Positions 34,482-44,535 of a stretch of DNA of 63,967 nucleotides are shown one piece after another. Within the stretch, counting starts at the first letter, position 1. Every line of letters begins with the position of its first letter. The position numbers and the translations under genes were made by a program. The stretch lies in the IMG/VR virus record IMGVR_UViG_3300031718_000009, positions 1 to 63,967 of that record; one strand, written 5' to 3'. This stretch comes from a virus. Lineage: Duplodnaviria; Caudoviricetes. The notes beneath the pieces were generated by a model. That model did no database searches, had not been told where the DNA came from, and saw only the letters and a list, made by a program, of their open reading frames with translations.

Positions 34482-35905
34482 TTTTGCGGCCCGAGCACCG
34501 CATCCGAGGCGCCAGGACCAAACATCGCATCGAAGTCCGCGCGCTTATCAGGGTTCGCCTGCAATTTCTTGATGGCCCCCGGTGGGACAGCCGCCAACGG
34601 CGACGGCGCGGCGTTGGCTGACGAACCAAGCGCATCTATCCCGGCAGCACTTGGGGGGGCCGCCGTGACCTTGCTTGGCGCCGGACCGGCGGCGCGAGTG
34701 GTTCCTGGCGTGGCCTTCAGAGGCGCGAGGTCCTTATCAGGGTCCCAATCCGAATACGGGTCCGGCGCTTTGTATCCAGCCTGAAACATCCTGCGAGATT
34801 TGATATCGTCTAGGGTCGTATATTCGCCCTTAAGCGCTGCTTCCCGCCTACGGATGATATTGTCGAGAACCATGCGCATCGCCTGTGGCGAATTCCCGGA
34901 ACCGGGAGTGAGGTTTTGCATGACCCGCTCTTCGTAATTCGTCACCCGTCCGAAATAATCCTTGCCGAGTGGGAGCACCGCGCTCTTGACGGCGTTGTCG
35001 TAGGATGTCGTTCTCGCGGCCTTGTCGAGATCGACCGCCATGCCGGCCATACTGCCAGGCAGTTTATTTGCGGCCGCAGTTGCCGCGCTTGCTTCAAGGC
35101 CGGTGTAAATGTCTCCGGTGTCTAGGATGTTTTTCGCCTGCAACAGCATACCGCGCGAGGCTTGAAGCGCCTCAATTTTATTGCTTGAGGCGAGGACCCC
35201 TCTTTCTTCCGTGGGGTTTAGTGGGGCATCCGCGCCCTGTGGCTTGTTTGGCCATTTCGCCGTCGCGTAGAATTCTGTGCCTTCGGGAGTCTTCGCGGTG
35301 GTTCCTTCCGGCAAGCCATGCGCGGTGTCGATCGCCTTTAATATTTCGCCGCGTTTTTCAGCGTCTGCGACAACATCAGTATCCTTAGCTTTTGCCGTGG
35401 CAAGCGCGCCTTGAATCGTTGGATCTGTCTGCGCCTTGTAATAAGCGTCTAGGCTCGCGTCTCTCTTCGCCTGTTCCGCCTGCGAGGCCTCGGTGTTTTT
35501 CTGTTGGAATAGCGTCTTATAGAGTTCGAGATTGTTTTGAAAATTCTGGCTTTGCACTTGCTGGGCAAGAAGTCCTTGCTTCGAGGCGTCCCCAAGGCCG
35601 CTGGAAAGACCGCTGGCAAATGCCGCTCCTCGCGACATGCCGCGCACGTCCGGCGCCCCAGAGAATATGTGCGGCACCGTTACGGCGGGAGGCTTGGGCG
35701 CCCCGCCGGTTTGCAGTCGCGCGAGGACATTGCCAGGCGCCGCGGCTGGGAGAGCAGTTTCTCCGGTTGGGTCGATCGGGGCGGCTTGGGGGACGGCGGT
35801 CTGTGGAGGCGGCGGCGCGGGCTGTTGTTGTCCTAATCCGGCTAGGAAGGCCAGCGGATTGGGGCCGCCATTGCCGGCCTGGCTGAGAAGGTCCGAGAGA
35901 GCCAT
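34478..35905 (-). CDS. Internal virion (ejection) protein
   Basis: Low-complexity composition; C-terminal FDAMFGPGA motif; position. Confidence 0.6.
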   Translation of the reverse strand: MALSDLLSQAGNGGPNPLAFLAGLGQQQPAPPPPQTAVPQAAPIDPTGETALPAAAPGNVLARLQTGGAPKPPAVTVPHIFSGAPDVRGMSRGAAFASGLSSGLGDASKQGLLAQQVQSQNFQNNLELYKTLFQQKNTEASQAEQAKRDASLDAYYKAQTDPTIQGALATAKAKDTDVVADAEKRGEILKAIDTAHGLPEGTTAKTPEGTEFYATAKWPNKPQGADAPLNPTEERGVLASSNKIEALQASRGMLLQAKNILDTGDIYTGLEASAATAAANKLPGSMAGMAVDLDKAARTTSYDNAVKSAVLPLGKDYFGRVTNYEERVMQNLTPGSGNSPQAMRMVLDNIIRRREAALKGEYTTLDDIKSRRMFQAGYKAPDPYSDWDPDKDLAPLKATPGTTRAAGPAPSKVTAAPPSAAGIDALGSSANAAPSPLAAVPPGAIKKLQANPDKRADFDAMFGPGASDAVLGPQK

Positions 35906-36099
35906 CAGCGGTGTAATTCGTCCAGAGGCGACATGAAATTGCGATATGATCTATCGCACCATTTTAGTTCCGCAGACGTGCCGGTGATCCGTACTATTTC
36001 ATATTTGAACTTGTACCTGTCTGGAATTCGCTTGAATTCATCCTCAACCAGCTTTGAATGATAGACCACATCGCCGACCTTCATTGCTTCCTCCATCAC
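35905..36099 (-). CDS. Small hypothetical protein (KOW-like start)
   Basis: MKVGDVV; coupled to neighbours. Confidence 0.5.
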   Translation of the reverse strand: MMEEAMKVGDVVYHSKLVEDEFKRIPDRYKFKYEIVRITGTSAELKWCDRSYRNFMSPLDELHR

Positions 36100-36254
36100 G
36101 CCCTCACTTCTAACAGTTCTGGGCGGTTATCACGAATCCATTGGATCAAATCAATAACATCGATCTCCGGTTCAAATCCTTCGACGCTCACGACATAGCG
36201 CCCATCCTTAAGTTCGATAGCGGCACCAGAAGGGTTTGATTTCACCCCCCTCAT
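36096..36254 (-). CDS. 52-aa hypothetical protein
   Basis: Translated by hand; GTGA-coupled. Confidence 0.45.
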   Translation of the reverse strand: MRGVKSNPSGAAIELKDGRYVVSVEGFEPEIDVIDLIQWIRDNRPELLEVRA

Positions 36255-36268
36255 GAGAATTTTCAAAG

Positions 36269-37327
36269 TCATGCTGCAATCCTATTGATGATGTCGATCA
36301 AGCGAGCGCCTTCCGTGGCCTTCCCGTAATCGACGGCCTTCATGCCGCTCGGCATTGTCACCACGGCATCCGGTCGCGTCTTTTGGACTTCCTGCGCCAT
36401 AAGCCCGATCCGCGGTGTCCGATCGCCCTTATAGCGGAAGGCATAGACATTTTGACCGTCGTAAAGCTTCCCGACAGGCGCGATATCGGTCTTCAGGCGC
36501 ACATCGGAGCTCAACAAGCCAGTGCTTCCCCCGGCGAGGCCGGAATTGCCCAACAGCGAACCAAGCAGCCCATAAAGCACATTGTTCGGCTGGGAGGTCT
36601 GGCCGAATGTCTGGCTGTTCCCCCAAGTGTCTTTCGGGATGCCGGAAAGAATGCTGGCGAGCGTCGCGCCTTGCGCCAACGGCATCATCTGATTTTGTTG
36701 GTTCAAATTGATCGCGTTTTGAATGCCGGTCTGAGCGACATTTTGCTCTTGCGCACCGAGGCCAGCGAGCAAATTGCCAGCGCTTGTTTGCTGGCCGGCC
36801 GCGCCCAGAAGGTCGGCGAGGCTGTTTTGCTGCTGCTGGATGGCGGAATTGTAGGCGTTGGAGTAGGCTTGCCCCGAAGCATTGGCAACATTCTGATTGG
36901 TGAAATAGTTGGTGAGCGCGTCTTGCACGCCCTGGCCTGTCCCGCCGTATGCGCCAGCTAGCGTCGCGGCGGCGCCAGTAGCCTGATGTTGTTGTTGGTT
37001 CGCGGTTTCCAGATTTTGCAGCGTCGGGTTGAGCGTCGCCTGAACATAGGGGTTCATGTACTGGCCGGGGCCAAGCGACGGATTTATCGAGTTGATGACC
37101 GACGCGAGCGGCCCGGATTGTCCTGTGGCTGTCCCGGTTGCGGTTTGCTGCGCGGTATTCTGGGCGCTCGTCGGTGCCGCGGAAGTGGGGCCGCTGTATG
37201 GTGTCCAACTCGGATATTGGTTCGCGAGGCCTTGATAAAGATTTTGGCCCGCGTTTTGCGTCCATTGCGGATAATTCTGCGACGATGATGTGTTTTGCTG
37301 TTGGGTGCTTGTCGATTGCCCGCTCAT
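36269..37327 (-). CDS. Internal virion protein with a C-terminal peptidase S74 (intramolecular chaperone) domain
   Basis: YMNPY and GAYGG; SDVRLKTDI..IGLMAQEV..AVDY. Confidence 0.8.
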   Translation of the reverse strand: MSGQSTSTQQQNTSSSQNYPQWTQNAGQNLYQGLANQYPSWTPYSGPTSAAPTSAQNTAQQTATGTATGQSGPLASVINSINPSLGPGQYMNPYVQATLNPTLQNLETANQQQHQATGAAATLAGAYGGTGQGVQDALTNYFTNQNVANASGQAYSNAYNSAIQQQQNSLADLLGAAGQQTSAGNLLAGLGAQEQNVAQTGIQNAINLNQQNQMMPLAQGATLASILSGIPKDTWGNSQTFGQTSQPNNVLYGLLGSLLGNSGLAGGSTGLLSSDVRLKTDIAPVGKLYDGQNVYAFRYKGDRTPRIGLMAQEVQKTRPDAVVTMPSGMKAVDYGKATEGARLIDIINRIAA

Positions 37328-37818
37328 TGCATCAGCACCTTTGGTTCCTCTGGATGGATTTCCATAGTCACGCCTGCCGGAAAGCAGCAAAACACGTGGC
37401 CTATGCGGTCGATGTCGTCTCGCACGCGCACGCGCTTATCGTTGAATATCCGCAGAAAACAGGGGATTTGCGCGCGGTCGCAGAGATTTTTCACTTCGTT
37501 CAACAACAGGCTGAACGCGCCTGCATCCAGGCTCTCGGGACGATATGAGGGCATTACGTAAAACCATTTATCTATTAACCACGGCGAATCGCTGTAAAAT
37601 AGGCCACCGTACAAAGGAGCGATGCCAACGCTTGCGACAATCAACCCGTTGTGCTCGACGATGAAACAGGCGTGATTTCTCACCGTCTCGACGATCTCCG
37701 TACATGCCTTTTGAGGATTGAGCGGGCAACGGCCAACCTCCTGGTACATGCACAAGAGCAGTTTCGCGATTGCCTCTTCGTCTTCCTGCGTGGCCGGGCG
37801 AGAGGTCAATTCGCTCAC
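37324..37818 (-). CDS. GNAT-family acetyltransferase-like virion assembly protein
   Basis: RPAT.ED...WFYVMPSYR; typical podophage position. Confidence 0.7.
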   Translation of the reverse strand: MSELTSRPATQEDEEAIAKLLLCMYQEVGRCPLNPQKACTEIVETVRNHACFIVEHNGLIVASVGIAPLYGGLFYSDSPWLIDKWFYVMPSYRPESLDAGAFSLLLNEVKNLCDRAQIPCFLRIFNDKRVRVRDDIDRIGHVFCCFPAGVTMEIHPEEPKVLMQ

Positions 37819-38189
37819 TATACCTTCCCGACTTCGGCTTCCCCCTCAAAGGTCAGCGCCGACGCTGTGCCCGCGCCGCCAACAAGGAAGTCGGCAGCAT
37901 CAAGCCGCAGCAAACCGAACCAATCAACAAAGGAGTTCGCTGCAACTGACACCCCTTGACCTATAACCTCGGTGCCGGCCACGTTGCCGCCCGTGGCGCC
38001 GAGCCAGAATGAAAAGGTAGCGGCCGATGCCGTCTTGTTCGTGATTCTGATGTGCCGGATTAGCAGGAAATCGGCTGTCGCCGTGTAACCAACGGCGCCC
38101 GTCCCGGCGATTGCCGGGTTGACGACGTTGGTCGTGAGTGTGGCCGATAGGATGACCGGGCCGAGCCGGATGATTTTGTTCGATGCCAT
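37818..38189 (-). CDS. Small beta-rich structural protein
   Basis: IRHIRITN...F.FW...SVAANS...L..ADFLVG. Confidence 0.65.
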   Translation of the reverse strand: MASNKIIRLGPVILSATLTTNVVNPAIAGTGAVGYTATADFLLIRHIRITNKTASAATFSFWLGATGGNVAGTEVIGQGVSVAANSFVDWFGLLRLDAADFLVGGAGTASALTFEGEAEVGKV

Positions 38190-40124
38190 TTATGCAAGCC
38201 TTTCGATTGTTGCCTGTTGAATGGTCCAGAGATCACCAGCTACAACAACAGACATAGAGAACTGTAGGAAGATGTTAGTAGTGGCGCCAGTTGGATTAGC
38301 TGAAACAGGGGCTATAGTCTGAAGTGTATATACTCCAGTAGTAGAATTTAAAGCGGTGAATATCGATCCAGTTAAATATGCTGCTATCGCTGAAGTACCA
38401 ACAACAAAGAATTCAATACGAAAATTAGTAGTCTGGGCAGTAGATGCCGCAACAGCTAACGAAATACTACCAAGATTAGCCCCCCATTTAACACCAACCA
38501 CCGCATTCCTAGCCGTAGCACTCGACACGGCTGCGAATGTACCGATTGCCGTTAGTCTATATACCTGAGAGGCATTAGGCGGCGGTGTTGAATAACTAAC
38601 CCCTGAGCTTGTTGGCGTAACCGTGGCTGGGACTGTGTTGGCGCTTGACAGAGGCGCCCCTACCATCCCCAACGTTGGGACGGCGGGTCCACTTGGCTGG
38701 ACTATCGGCTCGTCTGCTTCCGGCGCCTCAAGGTAGACGGCTGGCCCGAGTGGACCTTGAGAGCCCGTGATCCCCTGAATTCCCTGCGGACCAACAACCG
38801 GGCCAAGCGCCACGGCCTCGTCTGCTTCTGGAGCTTCAAGATAAACCGGCGGCCCAAGAGGACCCTGCGCGCCGGTTATGCCCTGAATGCCTTGCGGGCC
38901 AACAACAGGAACGACAACCGGTTCATCGGCTTCGGGGGCTTCGAGATAGACGGGAGGTCCGACAGCGCCAGGCACCCCTTGAATGCCCTGGATGCCCTGG
39001 ATGCCTTGAGGTCCTGGCTGCGTTATCGGCTCGTCTGCTTCCGGCGCCTCGAGATAGACCGGTGGGCCAAGAGGACCCTGCGCGCCAGTCGAGCCAGTCG
39101 AGCCAGGCACGCCTGGAGGCCCGGCAACACCGGGAAACATAACCGGTTCGTCGGCTTCGGGGGCCTCAAGATAGACTGCCGGCCCTGTGGGGCCTTGTCC
39201 TCCCGTCGTGCCAGGCGCGCCGGCTAATCCTTGCGGTCCAGGGATGACGATAGGTTCGTCAGCCTCGGGGGCTTCTAGGTAGACGGCAGGGCCGATCGGT
39301 CCAGGCGCGCCGGTCGTACCAGGAGCTCCCGTGGTTCCCTGTGGGCCAGAAGGTCCCGGAATGGCGATCGGCTCATCGGCTTCCGGCGCTTCGAGGTAGA
39401 CGGGAGGCCCAAGGGGTCCTTGACTGCCAGTCGGGCCTTGAATGCCCTGAATGCCTTGCGGACCAACGACCGGAATAACAACCGGCTCGTCTGCCTCCGG
39501 CGCTTCGAGATAAACTGCGGGACCCGCGGGCCCCTGAGCACCGGTACTGCCGGGCGGGCCAGCGGCACCGGGAACCCCTGGGATGATGATCGGCTCGTCG
39601 GCTTCCGGGCCTTCGAGGAACACTGTGGCACCTTGAGGACCAGGAACCCCTGGCGCGCCTGGAAGCCCCGCGGCGCCCGGCACCATGACAGGTTCATCCG
39701 GGTCCGCCGGATCGAGAAACAATGTTTGGCCTGGTAGCCCGCTTGCACCAGGCGCGCCGGGCGCTCCAGGAGAGCCGGCGGGGCCTGCCGGACCCGTAGG
39801 ACCAGGTGGACCTGGCGGCCCTGGCCCACCACCGCCGCCTCCTTCGTCCTCGGCAGCAACTCCATCGCCGCCCTGCACGCCCCGCTTCTGCATGTCGCGG
39901 AGAAAGGTCGCAAGAACCTCCGCGGTTTTCGTCGGCGTGTTGTTGGTAATGTCGAGGGTTCTAAGCGGCGGGGTAGGTGCCTTTATGGTGTAAGCGTCGG
40001 CTAGTGTGCCCCCCTCTTGCCGCGAGAAGGCGGCAATCGTCGTAAGCGCCTGCATACACCAGGCAAGTTTTGCATCGGTCGAAGCGTTTGGCGGCGGCAT
40101 TCCGGTTAAGGAAAGCGCACGCAT
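38190..40124 (-). CDS. Collagen-like fibre with ten acidic interruptions
   Basis: G-X-Y tracts separated by V(Y/F)LEAPEADEP-type units; lower-GC C-terminal beta domain. Confidence 0.8.
   Translation of the reverse strand: MRALSLTGMPPPNASTDAKLAWCMQALTTIAAFSRQEGGTLADAYTIKAPTPPLRTLDITNNTPTKTAEVLATFLRDMQKRGVQGGDGVAAEDEGGGGGGPGPPGPPGPTGPAGPAGSPGAPGAPGASGLPGQTLFLDPADPDEPVMVPGAAGLPGAPGVPGPQGATVFLEGPEADEPIIIPGVPGAAGPPGSTGAQGPAGPAVYLEAPEADEPVVIPVVGPQGIQGIQGPTGSQGPLGPPVYLEAPEADEPIAIPGPSGPQGTTGAPGTTGAPGPIGPAVYLEAPEADEPIVIPGPQGLAGAPGTTGGQGPTGPAVYLEAPEADEPVMFPGVAGPPGVPGSTGSTGAQGPLGPPVYLEAPEADEPITQPGPQGIQGIQGIQGVPGAVGPPVYLEAPEADEPVVVPVVGPQGIQGITGAQGPLGPPVYLEAPEADEAVALGPVVGPQGIQGITGSQGPLGPAVYLEAPEADEPIVQPSGPAVPTLGMVGAPLSSANTVPATVTPTSSGVSYSTPPPNASQVYRLTAIGTFAAVSSATARNAVVGVKWGANLGSISLAVAASTAQTTNFRIEFFVVGTSAIAAYLTGSIFTALNSTTGVYTLQTIAPVSANPTGATTNIFLQFSMSVVVAGDLWTIQQATIERLA
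38700..39830 (-). repeat. Coding tandem repeat: collagen tract plus VYLEAPEADEP unit, x10
   Basis: Eight copies of VYLEAPEADE plus two degenerate copies (LFLDPADPDEP, VFLEGPEADEP). Confidence 0.9.
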
Positions 40125-40346
40125 TTACGCGCTGACTTTCTCTACACAAGCAGGCGCGAATTCAGCATCCTCGATGACAAGCGCGAAATCATCTTTGCCT
40201 TTAAAAATGCCCGTGTAGCACCGATCATAAAACTCGTTTAGATCATTGTTTTCGGTGTTGGTGTACCATCCACCGCTCAATCGCTTTCCAAGAGATATTT
40301 TCTCGCCGGTTGGCCTATGAACAAGCCACAATCGATTATTCGCCAC
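40125..40346 (-). CDS. Small hypothetical protein
   Basis: ORF track; fits exactly between two structural genes. Confidence 0.6.
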   Translation of the reverse strand: MANNRLWLVHRPTGEKISLGKRLSGGWYTNTENNDLNEFYDRCYTGIFKGKDDFALVIEDAEFAPACVEKVSA

Positions 40347-40348
40347 CC

Positions 40349-41965
40349 TTACCTCCTAGTCCCAGAGATGCCCATTTCGAGGCGTGGAACACCTAGCCTG
40401 AAATCGCATCCGAGCCCGTCGCCGGATAGCGTCAAGGCGAGCTCTCTTCCGGCCACTCGCATGTCGATCGCTGATGTTGTGGGGTCCGCCGTACCGGTTG
40501 ACGTATCGACGATTGGCGAGCCCGGCTGCGTTCTGTCGGTTGCCACGATGGTTGCAGTCACGTTTCCGACTTGCCGCTGCATATCGATGAAAACGCCGAG
40601 CGCTTCGATCCACGCCTGGCCTCCGACCACAGCCACTTGGGCGCTTCCAAAAGAGCCGGCTTCAACCGGGGCGTAACTGATTGACCACGGCTTATGAACG
40701 CCATTTGCGTCGAGCCCTACATTATCCTCGTACAACAATCCGTCGATGCCGAAAAACAACGGGTTGGTTATCGGGCTCGATAGGCTCGCCGCCGATGATC
40801 TTGAGACGATCATAGTGTCGGTGTACCAGAATTGCCCAGATATGTTGTAGATAACGATGATCGAATTTTCCAAACTGCCGTTTATCGGGATCGCCCAAGA
40901 TACCTCGTTGAAGAATTGATCATACCAGCATACAACATTGGCAACGGCGGTCGGGGTGAGATTGCCAAATACGAATTCACGAATGTTGTCTTGGTTCGGG
41001 ATCGCCGACACGCCGCCGGAATAAACGAAAAATCCTTGCGTGCTCATCCAATATGCTGTCGAATTCACAACAGCAAAAGCCATTGGTCCGATGAGGCCAC
41101 ATTGAAGTCCAAGAGGGTATCCGTCAAAGACGAACTGTGACCCTGTGTACTGGAGAGCATAAAGCGAGAAATCTGTCCAGAATAGTGTGATGTGCGTGCC
41201 GAGATCGGCAGCCGCGATGATCGCGTTGCCCTCGTTTATCCTTCTGACTTGCGACGGCGCGCCGTTTGGACCCGCAATCGCGAGCGTGTTCCAATTCGTA
41301 TAGTCGCCTTGCGCGGAGTTCCATATTTGCAACGGATCGGATCGGCCGCCGGCAAGTTGCGTGGCGGGGTTGAAATTCGTACCATAGGCGATGAGAATGT
41401 TATCGGATGTCGATACAATTCCGGCCGCTGTCGGCGCGGTCGGCACAATGGCCGCTTGGCCAACAAGTGCTGACGGGTCCCAAAAATAAATGCCGCCAGG
41501 ACCGCCAGGACAAAACAACCCTATCCTGCCGAAATTCCCCATCGACCAAATGCGGGGCTGTCCAATGATGAATTGTCCTGGCTGCGATCTACCCCAGGCA
41601 CCGCGCCCGTAATATCCAGTGCCCCAGCCGGAGAGTTGCGTTTGATAGATGTTCCCAGCCACTAATCCAGCCGGGGTGATGTCCATCGGGACATAATTCG
41701 TGTCGGGGATTGCATAGAGTTTCGAGGCTGTACCAACCCCGATCAACTCTCGCCCTGTAAGGTCGTTCCATGCGAATGACCCGCGCGGAATACCCGCGAG
41801 CGGCGTAGCCGTGAGCGCTAAGAACCCTGCTCTTTTTTCCGGGAAGTTATTTCTGAACCGAACCCCGAAACCACCGGTAAACTGGCCCTTTGAGGCGAGC
41901 GGCGATTGGGTGAGCAAAAAGCCAGGCTGCGCAACGAGCGGGATTGGATCGTATTTCGTTCCCAC
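40349..41965 (-). CDS. Tail nozzle/packaged-DNA stabilisation protein (P22 gp10/T7 gp12-like)
   Basis: VRFRN.FPEKR.G, GWGTG.YG.GAW, WS..NFG, CGLIGP, YWMS..GFF.Y and EVSW; beta-propeller-like. Confidence 0.75.
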   Translation of the reverse strand: MGTKYDPIPLVAQPGFLLTQSPLASKGQFTGGFGVRFRNNFPEKRAGFLALTATPLAGIPRGSFAWNDLTGRELIGVGTASKLYAIPDTNYVPMDITPAGLVAGNIYQTQLSGWGTGYYGRGAWGRSQPGQFIIGQPRIWSMGNFGRIGLFCPGGPGGIYFWDPSALVGQAAIVPTAPTAAGIVSTSDNILIAYGTNFNPATQLAGGRSDPLQIWNSAQGDYTNWNTLAIAGPNGAPSQVRRINEGNAIIAAADLGTHITLFWTDFSLYALQYTGSQFVFDGYPLGLQCGLIGPMAFAVVNSTAYWMSTQGFFVYSGGVSAIPNQDNIREFVFGNLTPTAVANVVCWYDQFFNEVSWAIPINGSLENSIIVIYNISGQFWYTDTMIVSRSSAASLSSPITNPLFFGIDGLLYEDNVGLDANGVHKPWSISYAPVEAGSFGSAQVAVVGGQAWIEALGVFIDMQRQVGNVTATIVATDRTQPGSPIVDTSTGTADPTTSAIDMRVAGRELALTLSGDGLGCDFRLGVPRLEMGISGTRR

Positions 41966-41971
41966 AGCCAG

Positions 41972-42937
41972 CTACGTCCTTATGATGAAAGGCGCGGCTA
42001 TATTTTTCCCTACGGTTTCCGCCGATCCCGTGCTCTGATTGACGGCGGTAGCATTATTGATCGTGAGCCCTGTCGCCGCGGCGCCGGTGCTGCCTGGAGT
42101 GCTTGAATTAACTGCGGTAGCCCCACCTGCCGCAAAGCTGTTAGACGTAACGATTGAGCCGTAGGAATGCGTATGGCCGGATTCCGTCGTTCCGTGCGCG
42201 TGTGCATTTTGAATATGGGTATGCGACGCAAACATATCCGCCTGGTAGGATGCAAAAGCACGTCCAACATCAAGACCTTTCCCACTGTCCAGCCCGCGAA
42301 GCCCAACGCCACGCAAATCCGGTACATGGAAAGAGCCGGTTGGCGGGGCCGCTGTTTGGTTCCACGACGCGCCATCAGTCCCGCTTGTTCCAAGTGCCGC
42401 AGCGAGCGCCGGATAGGTCGAGATAAGGTATGCCGTGCCATTGCAGAGTAGCCACCCGGACGGAGCCACCACCCCGCAAAATGGCATAATGACACCAGGC
42501 GGCAAATACGCCGCGAGCGCGGCGGTAATAGCGGCACCGCTCGCCGACGCATCGAAAATAAACTGGCCGTCAGTCCAATAAACATGGGTCTGGCTCGTCG
42601 ATGGCGGAATTATGAGCGGCACACCTGCGCCAGCCTGCAAACTCAGCGAGAACGGCCCCGTCGTCTGATTGGAAACGATGAACTGTCTCGATACCGGCGG
42701 GAGCGTTACAAGCGAATTCGAGAGCAGCGTTCCAGTGAAAGCAAGAACCGCCGCGCTAGCTTGGGCAATCGTTAGAGTTTGGGCAGCGCCTGAGATGGGG
42801 ATGATGCTAACCCCGGCAATCGCGGCCTCGATAGTATTTAAATTCGCATTGGTGGTGTCTCCCCACGTATTATAATCGAGGCCGTCTCCCATCAATGTAA
42901 GGCCGAGGAGCGGCGAGACTGAATCAATGACTGCCAT
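41972..42937 (-). CDS. Tail fibre with a phage tail-collar domain
   Basis: WGDTTN.NL; PPGVIMPF.G..APSGWLLCNG..F.VPDLRG; APFIIRT. Confidence 0.85.
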   Translation of the reverse strand: MAVIDSVSPLLGLTLMGDGLDYNTWGDTTNANLNTIEAAIAGVSIIPISGAAQTLTIAQASAAVLAFTGTLLSNSLVTLPPVSRQFIVSNQTTGPFSLSLQAGAGVPLIIPPSTSQTHVYWTDGQFIFDASASGAAITAALAAYLPPGVIMPFCGVVAPSGWLLCNGTAYLISTYPALAAALGTSGTDGASWNQTAAPPTGSFHVPDLRGVGLRGLDSGKGLDVGRAFASYQADMFASHTHIQNAHAHGTTESGHTHSYGSIVTSNSFAAGGATAVNSSTPGSTGAAATGLTINNATAVNQSTGSAETVGKNIAAPFIIRT

Positions 42938-43052
42938 AGACCAACCACACTGCTACTAAGCAAAGATAAATGCTGCGCTCAACGAGCCCCATAGATCGTA
43001 TGCCGTATACCAGCAATATCATCGCTAGTATTCCACATACCCAAGAAACCAT
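42924..43052 (-). CDS. 42-aa two-helix membrane peptide
   Basis: Translated by hand (MVSWVCGILAMILLVYG...); low-GC gap. Confidence 0.35.
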   Translation of the reverse strand: MVSWVCGILAMILLVYGIRSMGLVERSIYLCLVAVWLVYGSH

Positions 43053-43097
43053 TAGAAGGATGCCCCGTTATAATGGCCACCGCTATGCACGTGCGAG

Positions 43098-43769
43098 TTA
43101 ATCGGCATCAACCTCGATCCCGCGGTTCACGAGGTCATCCTGCGTCTTCGCATCCTGAACGAGACCGGTAAGGCGCTGTATACACCTTTGATAGTCGGCA
43201 TCATCCTTGCGGAAATCAGCGGCAGCGGCGAGAACGCCCGCGCGCAAAATGTGTGGGTACCGATTGGTGAGAAAATTGGTATTTGTGGCTGGGCCGAGCG
43301 AGGGCTGCGTGCCGTAATAAATCATCCAGTAAATCATCGACACATTGGCGGCGACGTCGAATTGAAGCTGCTCGCCGAAGATCGACGCGAAGTGCGGGAC
43401 ACCTTGCTGCCAGGCCGCAGCGGTCAAAAAGTCTTGAGGGTTGAAGTCGGGAAATGCAAAATCGCCTGTCTGCGCAGTCACGAACCGGCGCTTTAACAGC
43501 GATTCCGGGTCTTTCATAAAGACAGGAGCGAAAGACGCATCGTGGACCGAGATCGGATCGAGGAAGCCTGCCGGCAACGCTACGCTGATGGCACCGACAG
43601 CAAGAGGGATCGGCAACGGCCCGATGCGCATTTCACGGACGCGAAGCCTTTGATAGATGAGAGCTTGAGCATCTATCAAGACTTCTGTCGCCGGCGCCAG
43701 CCCGTAATTGGCATAGTTGGCGATCGAGCCGGGAGTGGTCTTCGGCCCGATCAGGTCGTTGTAGTTCAT
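43098..43769 (-). CDS. Head-tail adaptor (tail tubular protein A-like)
   Basis: MNYNDL, AQ..I..RLRVREM, LP.GFL and TNFLT..YP. Confidence 0.75.
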   Translation of the reverse strand: MNYNDLIGPKTTPGSIANYANYGLAPATEVLIDAQALIYQRLRVREMRIGPLPIPLAVGAISVALPAGFLDPISVHDASFAPVFMKDPESLLKRRFVTAQTGDFAFPDFNPQDFLTAAAWQQGVPHFASIFGEQLQFDVAANVSMIYWMIYYGTQPSLGPATNTNFLTNRYPHILRAGVLAAAADFRKDDADYQRCIQRLTGLVQDAKTQDDLVNRGIEVDAD

Positions 43770-43773
43770 GGTG

Positions 43774-43878
43774 TCAGAACAACATGAACGCCGAATGCAA
43801 CAAGATCGCCAAGGTGCCAAACATGGCAATAATCAGCACTTCACGCAGACTCAAGCCGGTTGTCTCGATGGCGCGCAT
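43774..43878 (-). CDS. Small membrane peptide
   Basis: GGAG RBS; hydrophobic C-terminal half. Confidence 0.45.
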   Translation of the reverse strand: MRAIETTGLSLREVLIIAMFGTLAILLHSAFMLF

Positions 43879-43972
43879 TTTTAGGACTCCATTTCCTGGT
43901 GGTATAAGGCCAACATCCAGATGATGCCCGCTAAACCACAATTGAGCATATTTATATCCACCCAATCTAAGG

Positions 43973-44440
43973 TCATCGGTTCACATCGCTTTCCGCGATC
44001 TTTTTGTTGTCCACCATCCAGGTCAGGATGGCGTCTCGTGTGTCGCCGGCATAAGCGTATTGCTCTTTCACGGCTTTCCTGACGGCGAAGAAGGGGTATT
44101 GCTTCTGACCCCTCGCCCAGGCCACGAGGTCGATGCCGCCAGCATCTACGGTCGCGGCTTGCATGACGTTCGTGAGCGCATCCTCGCCCTCAAGATCGGC
44201 TGGCGTCAGGCCGGATTGTTCGAGGAATTTTTTGCGCGCCTCGGCCGCTGCGGCATCGGCCTTCTTGCGATTTTCGAGCTTGCGCAAACGCTCCTTGGCC
44301 TCGTCGTCGAGCATGAGTTGCGCGAGGACGCCATGGTGGTCAAAATAGAACCCATCTTGATGAAAATGGGCTCCATTTTCGGGTGGAACGACCACGGCGA
44401 ACGGTTTGCTTTTGTCCAATTTGACGAGTGGCGAATCCAT
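43973..44440 (-). CDS. Hypothetical protein of the head module
   Basis: ORF track; RBS AAGGA. Confidence 0.75.
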   Translation of the reverse strand: MDSPLVKLDKSKPFAVVVPPENGAHFHQDGFYFDHHGVLAQLMLDDEAKERLRKLENRKKADAAAAEARKKFLEQSGLTPADLEGEDALTNVMQAATVDAGGIDLVAWARGQKQYPFFAVRKAVKEQYAYAGDTRDAILTWMVDNKKIAESDVNR

Positions 44441-44535
44441 GAGCTGTTCCTTATTGAATGTCCTCGCCCGCCGCGCTGACGCCGGGGCTTCTATCCGGCT
44501 TTAATGGCGCCATGCCAGTTGAGCGGCGGACGAGG

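Noticed and set aside
38700-39830. CRISPR-like array
   Set aside because: The repeats vary at third codon positions and lie in an open collagen frame; there are no cas genes.
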